Shown here: positions 37,993-48,091 of the stretch, piece after piece | Position numbering within the stretch: the first letter of the stretch is position 1 | Layout of the letters: the number at the start of each line of letters is the position of its first letter | Source of the DNA: Parcubacteria group bacterium Gr01-1014_38 | Lineage (GTDB): Bacteria > Patescibacteriota > Andersenbacteria > UBA10190 > CAIZMI01 | Assembly: GCA_007376145.1 (NCBI GenBank) | Contig: VMFP01000004.1 | Location: 70,988-134,987, forward strand | Length of the DNA: 64,000 nucleotides | Direction of reading: 5' to 3' | The notes under the pieces: model-generated | The model's input: the letters and a program-made list of their open reading frames with translations, nothing else | The model's database searches: none | What the model was told of the DNA's origin: nothing | Position numbers and translations under genes: made by a program

Positions 37993-40951
37993 GAACGCAG
38001 TCTATGCGAGGGGCCGCAGTTCGTCGAGACGTCTCTTGGAACCCGCTCGGCCTTCCAAGCAACTCTCCCGCGCGGTTGCGCTCGAAGATGATCGCCGGGA
38101 TGATACGAGAGTCGTGAGCATCCGAGGATGGAACGGAGTGGCCTGGTGGCGTGGGCGCGTGCGGATCCTGACGCGACGAGAATCCATCAAAGCGGCGGCG
38201 TGTTTTTCCCTCCTCGTCAGTCTCTTCTTCGGTGCCACCTGGCTCCAAGGCCGGCTTCTCCTCTTCTTCGACCTTCTGTTCATCACCGCGCCCTTTGAAG
38301 ACATCTTTGCGCGGTACCAACGGGCCGGCCAGCTCCCGATCTGGGTTCCCGAGATGCAGAGCGGGTACCCCCTTCTCGGAGCACCGCACATGAACTTCTT
38401 TTACCCCGTGCACCTGTTGCTTCGGCAGTTCCTTCCCGGCGTGGTCACTCTCAACCTCTCGCTCGCGTTTCACCTCTTCATCGCCGGGTACGGGATGTGG
38501 CTCTTCCTTCGCGCACACCGACTTTCGTGGGCAAGTGCGCTGACCGGTGGCATCCTCTACGCCCTCGGCGCGCATCTCACGGGGCGCTTCGGCCTCCTCA
38601 ACATTGTCTTGCCTGTCTCCTGGCTGCCGTTGCTCCTCTGGACATTCCAGCGTCTCTGGGACCGGCCGACGCTCCCGCGCGCGATCGCCTTGGCCGCCAT
38701 CGCCTCGCTCCACGTCCTCTCCGGCTCACCGCAGATGTCGGTGATCGCTGCGAGCGTGGTGGGCCTGTACGCCCTCGGTCTCCTTGCCACGTCGCGCCGA
38801 GAGCCGCGGCGTCACGCACGCCGCGGCGCCCTGCTCTTGGTGAGCGTGGCGGCAACCCTCGGACTCGTGGCGGTGCAGCTGGTCCCTGGGCTTTCAAACC
38901 TGCGATTCACCGATCGGAATGAACCGCTCTCGCGGCGCGAACTCCTCGAATTCGGGTACCCGCCGTGGCAGACGTTGACCTGGGCATTCCCAGACGCCTT
39001 TGGCCATGATCGGCAGTACTTCGGCGCGAAAAACGAAACGGAACTCGCGTTCTCGTTCGGCGCCGTCGGCTGGCTCCTCGTATTTGGCGGAACGTTGTTC
39101 ATCCGCCGCCTGGACAGGCCACTGCGCGTGTTCCTCGTGCTGCTCGCGATCGTCGGCGTGTCGCTCGCTCCCGGAGAACATTCGCCGGTGTACCGCTGGC
39201 TCGTCGAACATCGTCTCATCCAGCACTTCGCGCAACCGGCGCGCGTCCTGATCATGCTCCACTTCGCGGGGAGTGTGGCCGGCGCCGCGTTCGTCGCTGC
39301 GCTGCCGACACTCCGCTCACGCCACCGTGCGCTTCTCACCATTATTGCGGCCGCCGTCCTTTTCAGCACCCTCGCCGGCGCGGTCACGCTCCTTCCTTCG
39401 TCCATCGCGGAACGAACTACTGCAGCACTTCGTCACTCTCCCTGGCGGGTCGTCACGCCGCTCGCCGCGTTCCTCGGCGTGGCCCTGCTCCTGCTGCCCG
39501 GGTCTTGGCGGTCGTGGCGGACAGCCCTGCTCCTCGGCGTGAGCAGCGCAGAACTCCTCGGTGTCGCCTGGTGGTTCAACACGAGCGAAGACGCGGCGGT
39601 GGCACTCCAACGCCCCTGGGTTCTCCAATACCTCGGTGGTCCTCCACCACAACCCCGACTCTACGAACGCAGTAACCTCATCGTCACTCGCCCGGCAGAC
39701 TATACGCCCACCCTCTGGCACCGTCCCACGAACCTGCGCTCCGCACGTCAATCCTTCATTGCGCAGCAAGACGGACTGAAGGGAGTGACCGTTCAGTTCT
39801 CCTGGGACCGGCAGGTGGTCCACCGCGGCACGCTCCGGCTGACCCTGGAAGATGCCGAGGGCGTTCCGTTGGCGACTGCGGAGCGCGCGTATGCCGACGC
39901 CCAAGACGCTCAACCGCTCGAATTCCCTTTCGCGCGCCAGCCGCACTCCTTGGATCGTGCGTACCGCCTGGTGCTCGCGTGGCAAGACGCGACCGGTCCC
40001 GGACCAAGTCTCTACCTCTACGGAAACCTGTCAGGAGACTACGACCCGACGGGAGCGTTCGAGACCTGTTCTCCGCACTGTGCTCCCCTGGCCTCCCCCG
40101 AACACGTATACGGCTTCGACCTGAATTTTGTTCCGCGGTATGCCCCACCCACGGCGAACCGGCACCTCCAGCGGCAGCTTCTCCTCCCGCACATGGGAGC
40201 CGCCCTCGGCATCGAAACGACGCGGTGGGCGGGAGCCCTCGCGCTCGCGCATCAGAAACAGTACCTCCGCGAAATCGGTGAAGACCACGAAGGCTACCCA
40301 ACGCGCTTCAATCCGCTGCCCCAGATCAACCGTCCGCTCTTGGATCGCTACAGCATCGGGTACCTTCTCGTCTCCCACCCGTTCCACGAAGGTCCTCTTA
40401 CTTTGGAAGGCATCGAACGCATCAGCGAAACGCGGATTGATGATCGGCGGGTCGCCCTGTACCGGAACCGGCACGCCTTTCCGCGGTTTCACTTTGCGGC
40501 ACAGACCGTCGTCGCCGGCGATAACCCGGAAGCACTCCGTCGTCTTACCGGAAAGCACGCACTGCCCAAAGAGGCGGTGACCGTCCAAGGACCGGGTATT
40601 ACTGCCTGGCCGCCGGTGGAAACGTTCGATACGTCGGGGAGGGTGACGCTGCAGTCATACCGTCCAACCGAGGTGGTCTTCACCGTCGACACCGCCGCGC
40701 GTGCCTTCCTTGTTCAGAGAGACGCCTACCACCCGGGGTGGCACGTGTTCGTGGATACTGACGAGGCACCATTGATTCCTGTCGACGTTATCTTCCGTGG
40801 CGTGGTGGTTCCCCCCGGCATGCATACGATCCGGTTTGCCTTCGACACACGCTCGGTCTACGCCGGACTCGGCATCACCCTCGCCACGATCGCCTTCCTC
40901 GCGCTTTTGGGAATTCCGCGTCTCTGGCACCGATTGACGTTCTTCCGCTGA
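37982..40951 (+). CDS. YfhO-family polytopic membrane protein (start probably downstream of 37982)
   Basis: ...DLLFITAPFEDIFARYQRAGQLPIWVPEMQSGYPLLGAPH... is the YfhO first-loop pattern. It has a large C-terminal extracytoplasmic domain. The listed start overlaps the 5' end of the divergent GT2 gene by 11 nt, so the true start is likely later. Confidence 0.6.
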   Translation: MLSTNAVYARGRSSSRRLLEPARPSKQLSRAVALEDDRRDDTRVVSIRGWNGVAWWRGRVRILTRRESIKAAACFSLLVSLFFGATWLQGRLLLFFDLLFITAPFEDIFARYQRAGQLPIWVPEMQSGYPLLGAPHMNFFYPVHLLLRQFLPGVVTLNLSLAFHLFIAGYGMWLFLRAHRLSWASALTGGILYALGAHLTGRFGLLNIVLPVSWLPLLLWTFQRLWDRPTLPRAIALAAIASLHVLSGSPQMSVIAASVVGLYALGLLATSRREPRRHARRGALLLVSVAATLGLVAVQLVPGLSNLRFTDRNEPLSRRELLEFGYPPWQTLTWAFPDAFGHDRQYFGAKNETELAFSFGAVGWLLVFGGTLFIRRLDRPLRVFLVLLAIVGVSLAPGEHSPVYRWLVEHRLIQHFAQPARVLIMLHFAGSVAGAAFVAALPTLRSRHRALLTIIAAAVLFSTLAGAVTLLPSSIAERTTAALRHSPWRVVTPLAAFLGVALLLLPGSWRSWRTALLLGVSSAELLGVAWWFNTSEDAAVALQRPWVLQYLGGPPPQPRLYERSNLIVTRPADYTPTLWHRPTNLRSARQSFIAQQDGLKGVTVQFSWDRQVVHRGTLRLTLEDAEGVPLATAERAYADAQDAQPLEFPFARQPHSLDRAYRLVLAWQDATGPGPSLYLYGNLSGDYDPTGAFETCSPHCAPLASPEHVYGFDLNFVPRYAPPTANRHLQRQLLLPHMGAALGIETTRWAGALALAHQKQYLREIGEDHEGYPTRFNPLPQINRPLLDRYSIGYLLVSHPFHEGPLTLEGIERISETRIDDRRVALYRNRHAFPRFHFAAQTVVAGDNPEALRRLTGKHALPKEAVTVQGPGITAWPPVETFDTSGRVTLQSYRPTEVVFTVDTAARAFLVQRDAYHPGWHVFVDTDEAPLIPVDVIFRGVVVPPGMHTIRFAFDTRSVYAGLGITLATIAFLALLGIPRLWHRLTFFR

Positions 40952-43287
40952 TGGGCACACTCCCGGCCCGGTGGATGCCACTCGTGCTCGCGATGGTCTT
41001 CGGAAGTGCCATCGCGATCAATGCACACACGCTCCAAGTCGGGCGCGCCGACCATCACGTTGTCCCGCGCACGCGGGCAGACGACCGCGTCATCGTCCCG
41101 CCGGGAGGACGCGTTCGTCAAACCGCCCGTCCGAGCGGGGAATTACTGAACGCCTTCACCGTCCTCCTCATTCCTGACGATCTTCCCCCGCACCGACCAC
41201 GAGCACGGCTCACGGTCGAGGACCGCCGCGGCACCATCCTCGCGGAATCCTCCTCGGCCAGACAGCAAACCGATCAACAGGGCGCGACGCTGGAATTCCA
41301 GCTCGTTCCGCCGGTCGCCCTTCCGAAGACCTTCGTGACATTCATCATCGAAAACCGCGGGCCGAAGGCCTTCCACCTCGCGACGGCACCGGACGATGCG
41401 TACGAAAATGGCACGCTGGAGCAGGCGGACGGCGAGCCCCAGCACCGGGATCTCGTCTGGGGCTTTGCCACACCGACACGGGCTTCCCTCCCCACACGCA
41501 TTGGTGCTTCTCTGGCGGCGGCCCTGACGTTGGCCTGGGGCGTGCTCGAGAGTACCCGCTGGAAAACGCCCGGCATCTGGCGGGCCGCCGGCGTCCTGGC
41601 AGTGCTCGCGGTTCCTGCGGGCATGCTCGGTGTCCTCGCTGACCCTGCGGCGTGGGGAATTTCGGACTGGGACCTGTACTTCACCACGCATGACCTGTAC
41701 CGCGCGGCTCTCCTCCGCTTCCACCAAATTCCTTTCTGGAATCCCGCGGTATGCGGTGGAACCGCCGGCCTCGCCGATCCCGAATTTCCGGTCTTCGGGC
41801 CTGGGTTTCTGCTTGAGCTCCTCGCGGGCGTTCCGTGGGGACTCCGGCTGTCGCTCCTCGGCCACCTGGCGACCGGAGGACTCGGGATGCTGCTGCTCGG
41901 ACGCGCCGTGGGACTGTCCGCACGAGGGTCCTTCCTGGCGGCGCTCGTGGCGTTCACGAGCTCATCCATCCCTCTGCGATTCGTGGAGGGACACGTTTCG
42001 TGGTTCGCGGTGACCTGGATCCCGTGGGTGGTGTGGGCGTGGATCAGAGCCTATCGTCGCCAGTCGGGGACGGTTCTCCCGGCAGTGTTCCTCGTGCTGA
42101 TGTTGTTCGAAGGAGGCATCTATCCGCTCTTCTATCTGCTCGGCGGCTTCGCCCTCTGGCCGTGGCTCTTGAAAGACCGCCGGGCGGCGCTCCTCACGTC
42201 CGTACGCGCGGTGCTGTGGACGACGGGCCTCGCAGGAATCAAGCTCCTTCCCACGCTGCAATGGGTACAGACCTACCAAGACCAGGTGTTTGCGACCTCC
42301 GCCTTCACCTTCCCCCACCTGTGGCAGATCTTTCTCGGTCGGCACCTCCATGGGGCCGACGTTTTCCCGCACCAGGGCGGCGGCTGGCACGAGTATGGGT
42401 CGTACCTGGGCCCGATGGTGCTCATCCTGCTCGCGCTCGGGAGTACGCGCGCGAAGACCTCACGGATCGTCCGGGCACTCTTCGTGGTGGCGCTCTTCGG
42501 TCTGATCGTTTCCTCGCTTGGGCCCTGGCTGGCACCAGTCCTCGATACGCTTTCGATCCTTCCCCGGTCGAATCTTTCCCGACTCGTCCTGGTGGTGACC
42601 TTGACAGGAGCCCTGCTTGCCGGATTCGGGTTCGACCGACTCCTGCGCTTCTTCCCGCACCGACAGGCGAGACTCGTCAGCGTCGTCGTCGTCAGTCTCA
42701 TTGCCCTTGACCTCTTCACGCTTGCCGTCCCCATCTCTTTCCAAGCATTCCGTGTCCCACCGCTCGGACTCTCCGTGCGCGCGCCGTCGCCGCTTCTGCA
42801 TACCAAGGATCGCCACGAGATCCGGATTGACGGCACGGATTACCCGCGGATGTACGCCAACGCCCGCGCGGGCTTCGGCTCTCTCGCTGCGTGTACACCG
42901 ATCGGACCACGGCCGGCAGTCGCGGATTGGCGAGAGCTCGCGACACCGACCGGCGTGACGGTCGCCGACGCGGACGCTCGGGCGACCCTCGATGCCTGGA
43001 CACCCAACCGCATGGTCGTTCGCGTGACGACACCACGACCCACGACGGTGACGCTCCAGACCAACGCTGCCCAAGGTTGGCAGGTCAATGGGAAACCACT
43101 CCCGGAAACGCGCGGCCTTCTCCGGACCACCGTCCCCGCTGGCGAACAGGCACTCGTGTTCACCTACCGACCACCGGGGCTTCCGACAGGCATCGCGGTA
43201 AGTGTCATCACGCTTCTTCTGGCGCTCAAGTCTCACCACCCTAACACCAAAAATTCGGGAGCCACTGCGCTACACTCTCGCGTATGA
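40951..43287 (+). CDS. YfhO-like polytopic membrane protein
   Basis: ...DWDLYFTTHDLYRAALLRFHQIPFWNPAVCGGTAGLADPEF... The same loop motif occurs in the ORF at 51057. There are many TM helices. Confidence 0.5.
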   Translation: MGTLPARWMPLVLAMVFGSAIAINAHTLQVGRADHHVVPRTRADDRVIVPPGGRVRQTARPSGELLNAFTVLLIPDDLPPHRPRARLTVEDRRGTILAESSSARQQTDQQGATLEFQLVPPVALPKTFVTFIIENRGPKAFHLATAPDDAYENGTLEQADGEPQHRDLVWGFATPTRASLPTRIGASLAAALTLAWGVLESTRWKTPGIWRAAGVLAVLAVPAGMLGVLADPAAWGISDWDLYFTTHDLYRAALLRFHQIPFWNPAVCGGTAGLADPEFPVFGPGFLLELLAGVPWGLRLSLLGHLATGGLGMLLLGRAVGLSARGSFLAALVAFTSSSIPLRFVEGHVSWFAVTWIPWVVWAWIRAYRRQSGTVLPAVFLVLMLFEGGIYPLFYLLGGFALWPWLLKDRRAALLTSVRAVLWTTGLAGIKLLPTLQWVQTYQDQVFATSAFTFPHLWQIFLGRHLHGADVFPHQGGGWHEYGSYLGPMVLILLALGSTRAKTSRIVRALFVVALFGLIVSSLGPWLAPVLDTLSILPRSNLSRLVLVVTLTGALLAGFGFDRLLRFFPHRQARLVSVVVVSLIALDLFTLAVPISFQAFRVPPLGLSVRAPSPLLHTKDRHEIRIDGTDYPRMYANARAGFGSLAACTPIGPRPAVADWRELATPTGVTVADADARATLDAWTPNRMVVRVTTPRPTTVTLQTNAAQGWQVNGKPLPETRGLLRTTVPAGEQALVFTYRPPGLPTGIAVSVITLLLALKSHHPNTKNSGATALHSRV

Positions 43288-43508
43288 CCGCCTCGCACCC
43301 TGTCGCGGAGACGCGCGCGGGGTCAACCGACCGCTTTGGGATGGAATGGTCCCGCTATGCTGAACTCCGGTCCGCATATCGTGCGCAGCTCCTCGACTGG
43401 ATCACGCCGCTCACGCTTGCGGACTTCCGAGACACGACCGTCCTTGACGCCGGCTGAGGTATTCTCACAACAGCTCGGCGTTGCGATTCCGATTAGAATC
43501 TAGGACGT

Positions 43509-45107
43509 ATGACGAGCCCCGTACTCCCTGCTCCCTTCTTGGCATTGAGTCGTGTCCCATGGACCCGAGCTCGAAAAGCTTCGTTCCGACTGTTCTCTAC
43601 GGTACTCCCGTGGATGACGATCGCGGCCTTCGCGTACGCGTATGGGCGCCTTGCTCTGCTGAACGAGGCACACCTCAACAATGGGCTCGATCTCGGGATC
43701 CTCCACCAACTTGTCTGGCGCATCAGCCGGGGATCGCTGCCCGAGAGCAGTCTGAAGGGATTTATCCTCTGGGGCGACCATGCCAACTTCCTTCTGTACG
43801 TCCTCGTCCCCTTCTACCGACTCTTTCCGGACGTTCGGACCTTGCTCGTGTCGCAAGCGGTCGCCGGCACCATCGCCGCCTGGCCGCTCTTCCGCGTTGC
43901 GTGGGCGGCCACGCGGAACGCATTCTTCGCTTACGTGATCCTGTTCGCATCGCTGCTGTTCTGGGGCCTGCAAAATGCGTTGGACTTCGACGTTCACGCG
44001 CCCATCTTTGTCATCGCCCCCTTGGCATGGTTTCTCTACGGACTCTACTTTCGCCGCCCGGTACTCACCGGAGGCGCACTGGCGGCGGGCCTGTTGGCAC
44101 AGGAGGACGCGGCAGCCATGTTTGCCGCCACTGGTATCTTTCTCCTCTTCACGCGACGCCGTCGCTGGGGCGTCTGGATCGCGCTGACGTCAGTCGTCTA
44201 CCTCCTCGTCATTGGCTACCTCGTCATGCCCCGCTACACCCCAGGCGGAACGCCCTTGGTGCATTTCGACATCGGCGAATACCCGGGCGGGCCGGTCCGG
44301 AGGACGTTCGGTGCACTCACTCACCCCGCGCGAACGTTCCGGATGGCAACTGACCATCCCGAAAAAGTAGACACGCTGAAGAGTCTCTTTCGGGCGTGGG
44401 GCTACCTCCCGCTTTTTTCGCCGTTCACCCTCGTCTCGTTTCTTCCATCCTTCATCTCGCGCTTTCTCTCCCTCGAAGACCTGCGCTGGGTCCGCGCCTA
44501 TCACTACAATGCGCCCACCTTTCCCTTGTTCGCGTTCGGCGCCATCTTGGTGACCGCGCGGATTTCCCGTTGGGTCACGAAAGGTATTGCCCAGCGCCTG
44601 ACCCCGTTGGTCGCAAGCACCGCGTGCGCACTCCTCGTCGCCGCCGGAACCTACGCCTCCTCAATCCGGAATCGAGATCTGCCGTTGTGGAAGCTCGCCA
44701 ACGCGCGTTTCACCGATCGCCCCTACTTCCCGGAACATGCGGCGCACTTGGTCCGCGGAATACGAGGAGTGATTCCACCGAACGCTGCCGTCTCTGTCGC
44801 CAGCGGCTTTGTCGGCATGTTTAGCAACAGAAAGCGCGTCCATGTTTTCCCGAACCTCCCGTCTACCGGCGTACCCACGTGGATCGTGACGAGTGACCAA
44901 TTTAATACGTGGCCCTTGGCGAAGGGAGAAATGGCCGAGGCCATTGATCGTCTCCGGTCCGATCCCGCGTATGAAGTTATTTGGGACGAGTACGCCATCG
45001 TCGTCGCTAAGCCGCGCCCGCGGGACAGAGGGGCGCAACGTCCGCCGTCGGCACCCTCGCTTCGCGCGGCCCCGAATGCCGACCGCCCGCCAAGCGCTGA
45101 AGAGTGA
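43509..45107 (+). CDS. DUF2079-like polytopic membrane protein (putative GT-C-type glycosyltransferase)
   Basis: The N-terminus ...LNEAHLNNGLDLGILHQLVWRISRGSLPES matches the DLGI..Q..W signature I associate with DUF2079. There are about 10 TM helices. Confidence 0.45.
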   Translation: MTSPVLPAPFLALSRVPWTRARKASFRLFSTVLPWMTIAAFAYAYGRLALLNEAHLNNGLDLGILHQLVWRISRGSLPESSLKGFILWGDHANFLLYVLVPFYRLFPDVRTLLVSQAVAGTIAAWPLFRVAWAATRNAFFAYVILFASLLFWGLQNALDFDVHAPIFVIAPLAWFLYGLYFRRPVLTGGALAAGLLAQEDAAAMFAATGIFLLFTRRRRWGVWIALTSVVYLLVIGYLVMPRYTPGGTPLVHFDIGEYPGGPVRRTFGALTHPARTFRMATDHPEKVDTLKSLFRAWGYLPLFSPFTLVSFLPSFISRFLSLEDLRWVRAYHYNAPTFPLFAFGAILVTARISRWVTKGIAQRLTPLVASTACALLVAAGTYASSIRNRDLPLWKLANARFTDRPYFPEHAAHLVRGIRGVIPPNAAVSVASGFVGMFSNRKRVHVFPNLPSTGVPTWIVTSDQFNTWPLAKGEMAEAIDRLRSDPAYEVIWDEYAIVVAKPRPRDRGAQRPPSAPSLRAAPNADRPPSAEE

Positions 45108-45259
45108 GAGAAAGCCTTGGGTACTCGACGGCTCACGTGGCAAAGAAAATAGTATGGACCACGGGATGTGCTATTTTTTACTCCTCGCGCCCGGCGGCGG
45201 AGGCACTCCTCGCTACTGCGCACGCTCCGTGCTAGCGTGAGACGTCAGTCGTTTTGCTC

Positions 45260-46975
45260 ATGCCCGACGCGCGCGCCATCTACGCGGTATCCGCCTTCCG
45301 GAGCCTGCCGCGGCTCTTGAGCCTCCTGGACCGGAACCCGCTCTCCCCCACCTACGGCTGCTTCCACCGCGACTACTGGCTGTACCGGACGTCGGACTTT
45401 CCGGACGCCGTTCGGCAATTCGGCGTGCATGCACTCGCACTCGCGTACGCAGCGGATCTTCCGCCGAATCCGTACCGAGGCAATGCGCAAATCCGCAGAT
45501 GGGCGATTGCCGCGCTCGACTTCTGGGCAACGATCCAGCATGCGGACGGCTCGTGTGATGAGTTTTATCCCTTTGAGCGCGGATGGGTCGGACCAACGGC
45601 GTTCACCACGTATACCAGCAGCGAGTCCCTCCGCCTGTTGGGCGCGGAAGTTCCGACCGCTGTTGGGAAGCGCGTGAAGACTGCGATCCGCCGCGCGGCG
45701 CAGTTCATCGCGGCGGGTGAAGCGGAGCACGACCATCTCGCGAACCATCATGCGATGGCATTTCTCGCGGTCTCCACGGCCGCCGATGTGCTCAACGACG
45801 ACGAGATTCGCGCCGGGCTTCCGAAACTCTTCGACGGATTTCTCCGGTACTGCACCGCGGAGGGATGGTGCCTGGAGTACGACGGTGCTGATCCGGGGTA
45901 TCTCTCTGCCACGGTTTCGTTTCTCGGAAAAGTCTATGCGCGGCATCCTTCTCCCGAACTCCGAGAGGTTCTGGAGAAGGCCGTTGAGTTCTGCAGCTAT
46001 TTTGTCTACCCGGACGGCTCGTACGCCGGCATGCTTGGGAGCCGAAACACCCTGCATTTCTACCCCCATGGCTTCGAGCTCCTCGCGCCGGAGATACCGC
46101 TTGCGGCGAGCGTGGCGAACCGGATGGCTTCCGCACTCGCCGAGGGGAAACTCGTGCCTCCAGAGATCATGTCCGATCGGTACGTACACTACCGTGTTCC
46201 GGAATTCCTTTTGGCGGCGCTGGAGACCCGCCCGCGGCCAGCAACGCTCACGCCACTCCCCTACCAACGCGCGCCATTCGTCCGGGTGTTTCCCCACGCC
46301 GGCATGACCGCTGCTGCTCACGGACCGGCGTACACCGTTGCGAACCTTGCAAAGGGTGGCGTCGTCAAGAGCTTCGAACGAGAACAGGGACGCCTACTCA
46401 TCAACGACAGCGGCTGGGTGGGAACGCTGGAAGACGGGCGCACGGTGACGTCGCAGTGGATCGATCCGCACTACACGCAGAACATCCAGGAAAACTCCTG
46501 GACGGTGCGCGGACAGTTGCGGGTGGTCCCATCGGCAAAGCCCTTCACACTCTGGACGCACCTCGCCTTTCGCCTGGCCCTCGCGCTGGTCGGCTGGTCG
46601 CCGCGCGCCGCGCACTGGCTCAAAACTTGGATCCGCAAAAGTCTTATTCTCGACAGCCGTCCCGTTGCCTGTATGTTCGAGCGGCGCATTGAACTCTCAA
46701 AAACGCAGCTGAAGATCACCGACGAACTACAGAGTGACGTGCAATTCCGGCAACTCCTCCTCGGCGGAGAACTTCCGGTGCGCTACGTCCCCCAGAGTCG
46801 CTTCTTCCAACCGCACGAACTGGAAAGCCGCAGTCGCATTCTCTCCGACGAAGAACTTGCGCGGGTGAATGCGGGAGAACTCTTCCAGAGTGTGCGTACG
46901 ATTGATGTCGAGACACCGCAGGAGCGCACGGCTGCCGAAGAGGAGCCTGCGAATCTTCACGTTCCCTCTTTCTAG
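45260..46975 (+). CDS. hypothetical soluble protein, 572 aa, no TM or signal peptide, family not recognised
   Basis: The long ORF matches the local codon bias. Internal segments read HADGSCDEFYPFERGW, EYDGADPGYLSATVSFL and YFVYPDGSYAGMLGSRNT. ATG at 45260; TTG at 45254 is an alternative start. Confidence 0.5.
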   Translation: MPDARAIYAVSAFRSLPRLLSLLDRNPLSPTYGCFHRDYWLYRTSDFPDAVRQFGVHALALAYAADLPPNPYRGNAQIRRWAIAALDFWATIQHADGSCDEFYPFERGWVGPTAFTTYTSSESLRLLGAEVPTAVGKRVKTAIRRAAQFIAAGEAEHDHLANHHAMAFLAVSTAADVLNDDEIRAGLPKLFDGFLRYCTAEGWCLEYDGADPGYLSATVSFLGKVYARHPSPELREVLEKAVEFCSYFVYPDGSYAGMLGSRNTLHFYPHGFELLAPEIPLAASVANRMASALAEGKLVPPEIMSDRYVHYRVPEFLLAALETRPRPATLTPLPYQRAPFVRVFPHAGMTAAAHGPAYTVANLAKGGVVKSFEREQGRLLINDSGWVGTLEDGRTVTSQWIDPHYTQNIQENSWTVRGQLRVVPSAKPFTLWTHLAFRLALALVGWSPRAAHWLKTWIRKSLILDSRPVACMFERRIELSKTQLKITDELQSDVQFRQLLLGGELPVRYVPQSRFFQPHELESRSRILSDEELARVNAGELFQSVRTIDVETPQERTAAEEEPANLHVPSF

Positions 46976-46980
46976 CGTCC

Positions 46981-47934
46981 GTGGCCGACGTTCGACTTGC
47001 CACAATCAGCGGGTGGTCCGAGCGCCGCGGACAACTGCGCGGGGTTGTTCTTCTTGTCATCACTGCGCTCATTTTTTATCTCCTGTTCCGTCGCATTGAC
47101 CTCATGTCAGTGCTCCAAACACTCGCAACAATTCCGTTCCGAACCTGGCGTGCGGCGTTTCTTCTCACGATTTCCTTTCCCATGCTCTCCGCGCTTCGGT
47201 GGCACTACACACTGAAGGCAATCGGCCATCGCGTCTCGATACTCCGCTGCTTGAAAATCATCTTGGGGACCTCACCGATCAGCGCGATTGCGCCCTCGAA
47301 AGCCGGCGATCTCTTGAAAGCGTTGAGCCTGCGCGGAGAAATCAGTCTCCTCGAGGTGGGCGGAACAGTGTTGGCAGAGCGTGTACTGGACGTGATTGTT
47401 CTCGCGGCCCTCGCACTGGCTGGCGGCATCGTCGTTGGAAACTCGCTCATCACGCGGCTCGCAGTCGCGATCGTCGGAGCTGGCATCGCGGGACTGCTTC
47501 TCCTCCCCATGCTTGTCGCCTCAATCAAAAAGCCGAAGCTCCGCGAAAAACTTGAGCGGTTGATTCGCGTCCTTCACGCGCTCCGCGCACAACCATCTAA
47601 AGCGTTCGCTATCGCGCTTTTTACCGTTCTCAATTGGCTGGCGTCCATCGTCCAGACACACTTGCTTCTTCTCGCCGTCGGCGCGCATCCGCCCTTTTGG
47701 CTCACGGCAGCGGCACTTCCCATCGCCATCTTCATCGGGCTCATCCCCATCACCATCGGCGGCATGGGGACGCGCGATGCCGCGCTCGTCACGCTTCTTG
47801 CGTCAGCCGCAACTGCACCACAAGCACTGTCTGTCGGATTGCTCTACTCCTTCTTCGGCTATTGGCTTCTTGCGATTCTCGGCCTGCCGTTCATGAAGAG
47901 CGCGCTATTCAGAAACCGGAACCAGCGTTCTTGA
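46981..47934 (+). CDS. UPF0104 / lysylphosphatidylglycerol-synthase-TM-domain family membrane protein ('flippase-like domain')
   Basis: 317 aa with about 8 TM helices. The ...WRAAFLLTISFPMLSALRWHYTLKAIG... and GIGLIPITIGGMGTRDAALV segments match this family's pattern. Confidence 0.55.
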   Translation: MADVRLATISGWSERRGQLRGVVLLVITALIFYLLFRRIDLMSVLQTLATIPFRTWRAAFLLTISFPMLSALRWHYTLKAIGHRVSILRCLKIILGTSPISAIAPSKAGDLLKALSLRGEISLLEVGGTVLAERVLDVIVLAALALAGGIVVGNSLITRLAVAIVGAGIAGLLLLPMLVASIKKPKLREKLERLIRVLHALRAQPSKAFAIALFTVLNWLASIVQTHLLLLAVGAHPPFWLTAAALPIAIFIGLIPITIGGMGTRDAALVTLLASAATAPQALSVGLLYSFFGYWLLAILGLPFMKSALFRNRNQRS

Positions 47935-48000
47935 ACACACTCGTTATGTACTCCCGCGCGTAGACTGGCATACGGAGTATACTCTGTACATGTCCGACTA

Positions 48001-48029
48001 TTGACGAAACGCGGGCCTCGCTGTATTGT
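48001..48029 (+). promoter_or_regulatory. candidate sigma70-like promoter for the two-gene unit
   Basis: TTGACG (48001-48006), a 17-nt spacer, then TATTGT (48024-48029). It lies 60-90 nt upstream of the ATG at 48092. Confidence 0.25.
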
Positions 48030-48091
48030 ACCGGGTCGTTCCTTAACAACCATTCCGTCACCGCACTTTGCGACGAGCGAGGAGGTCAGAC

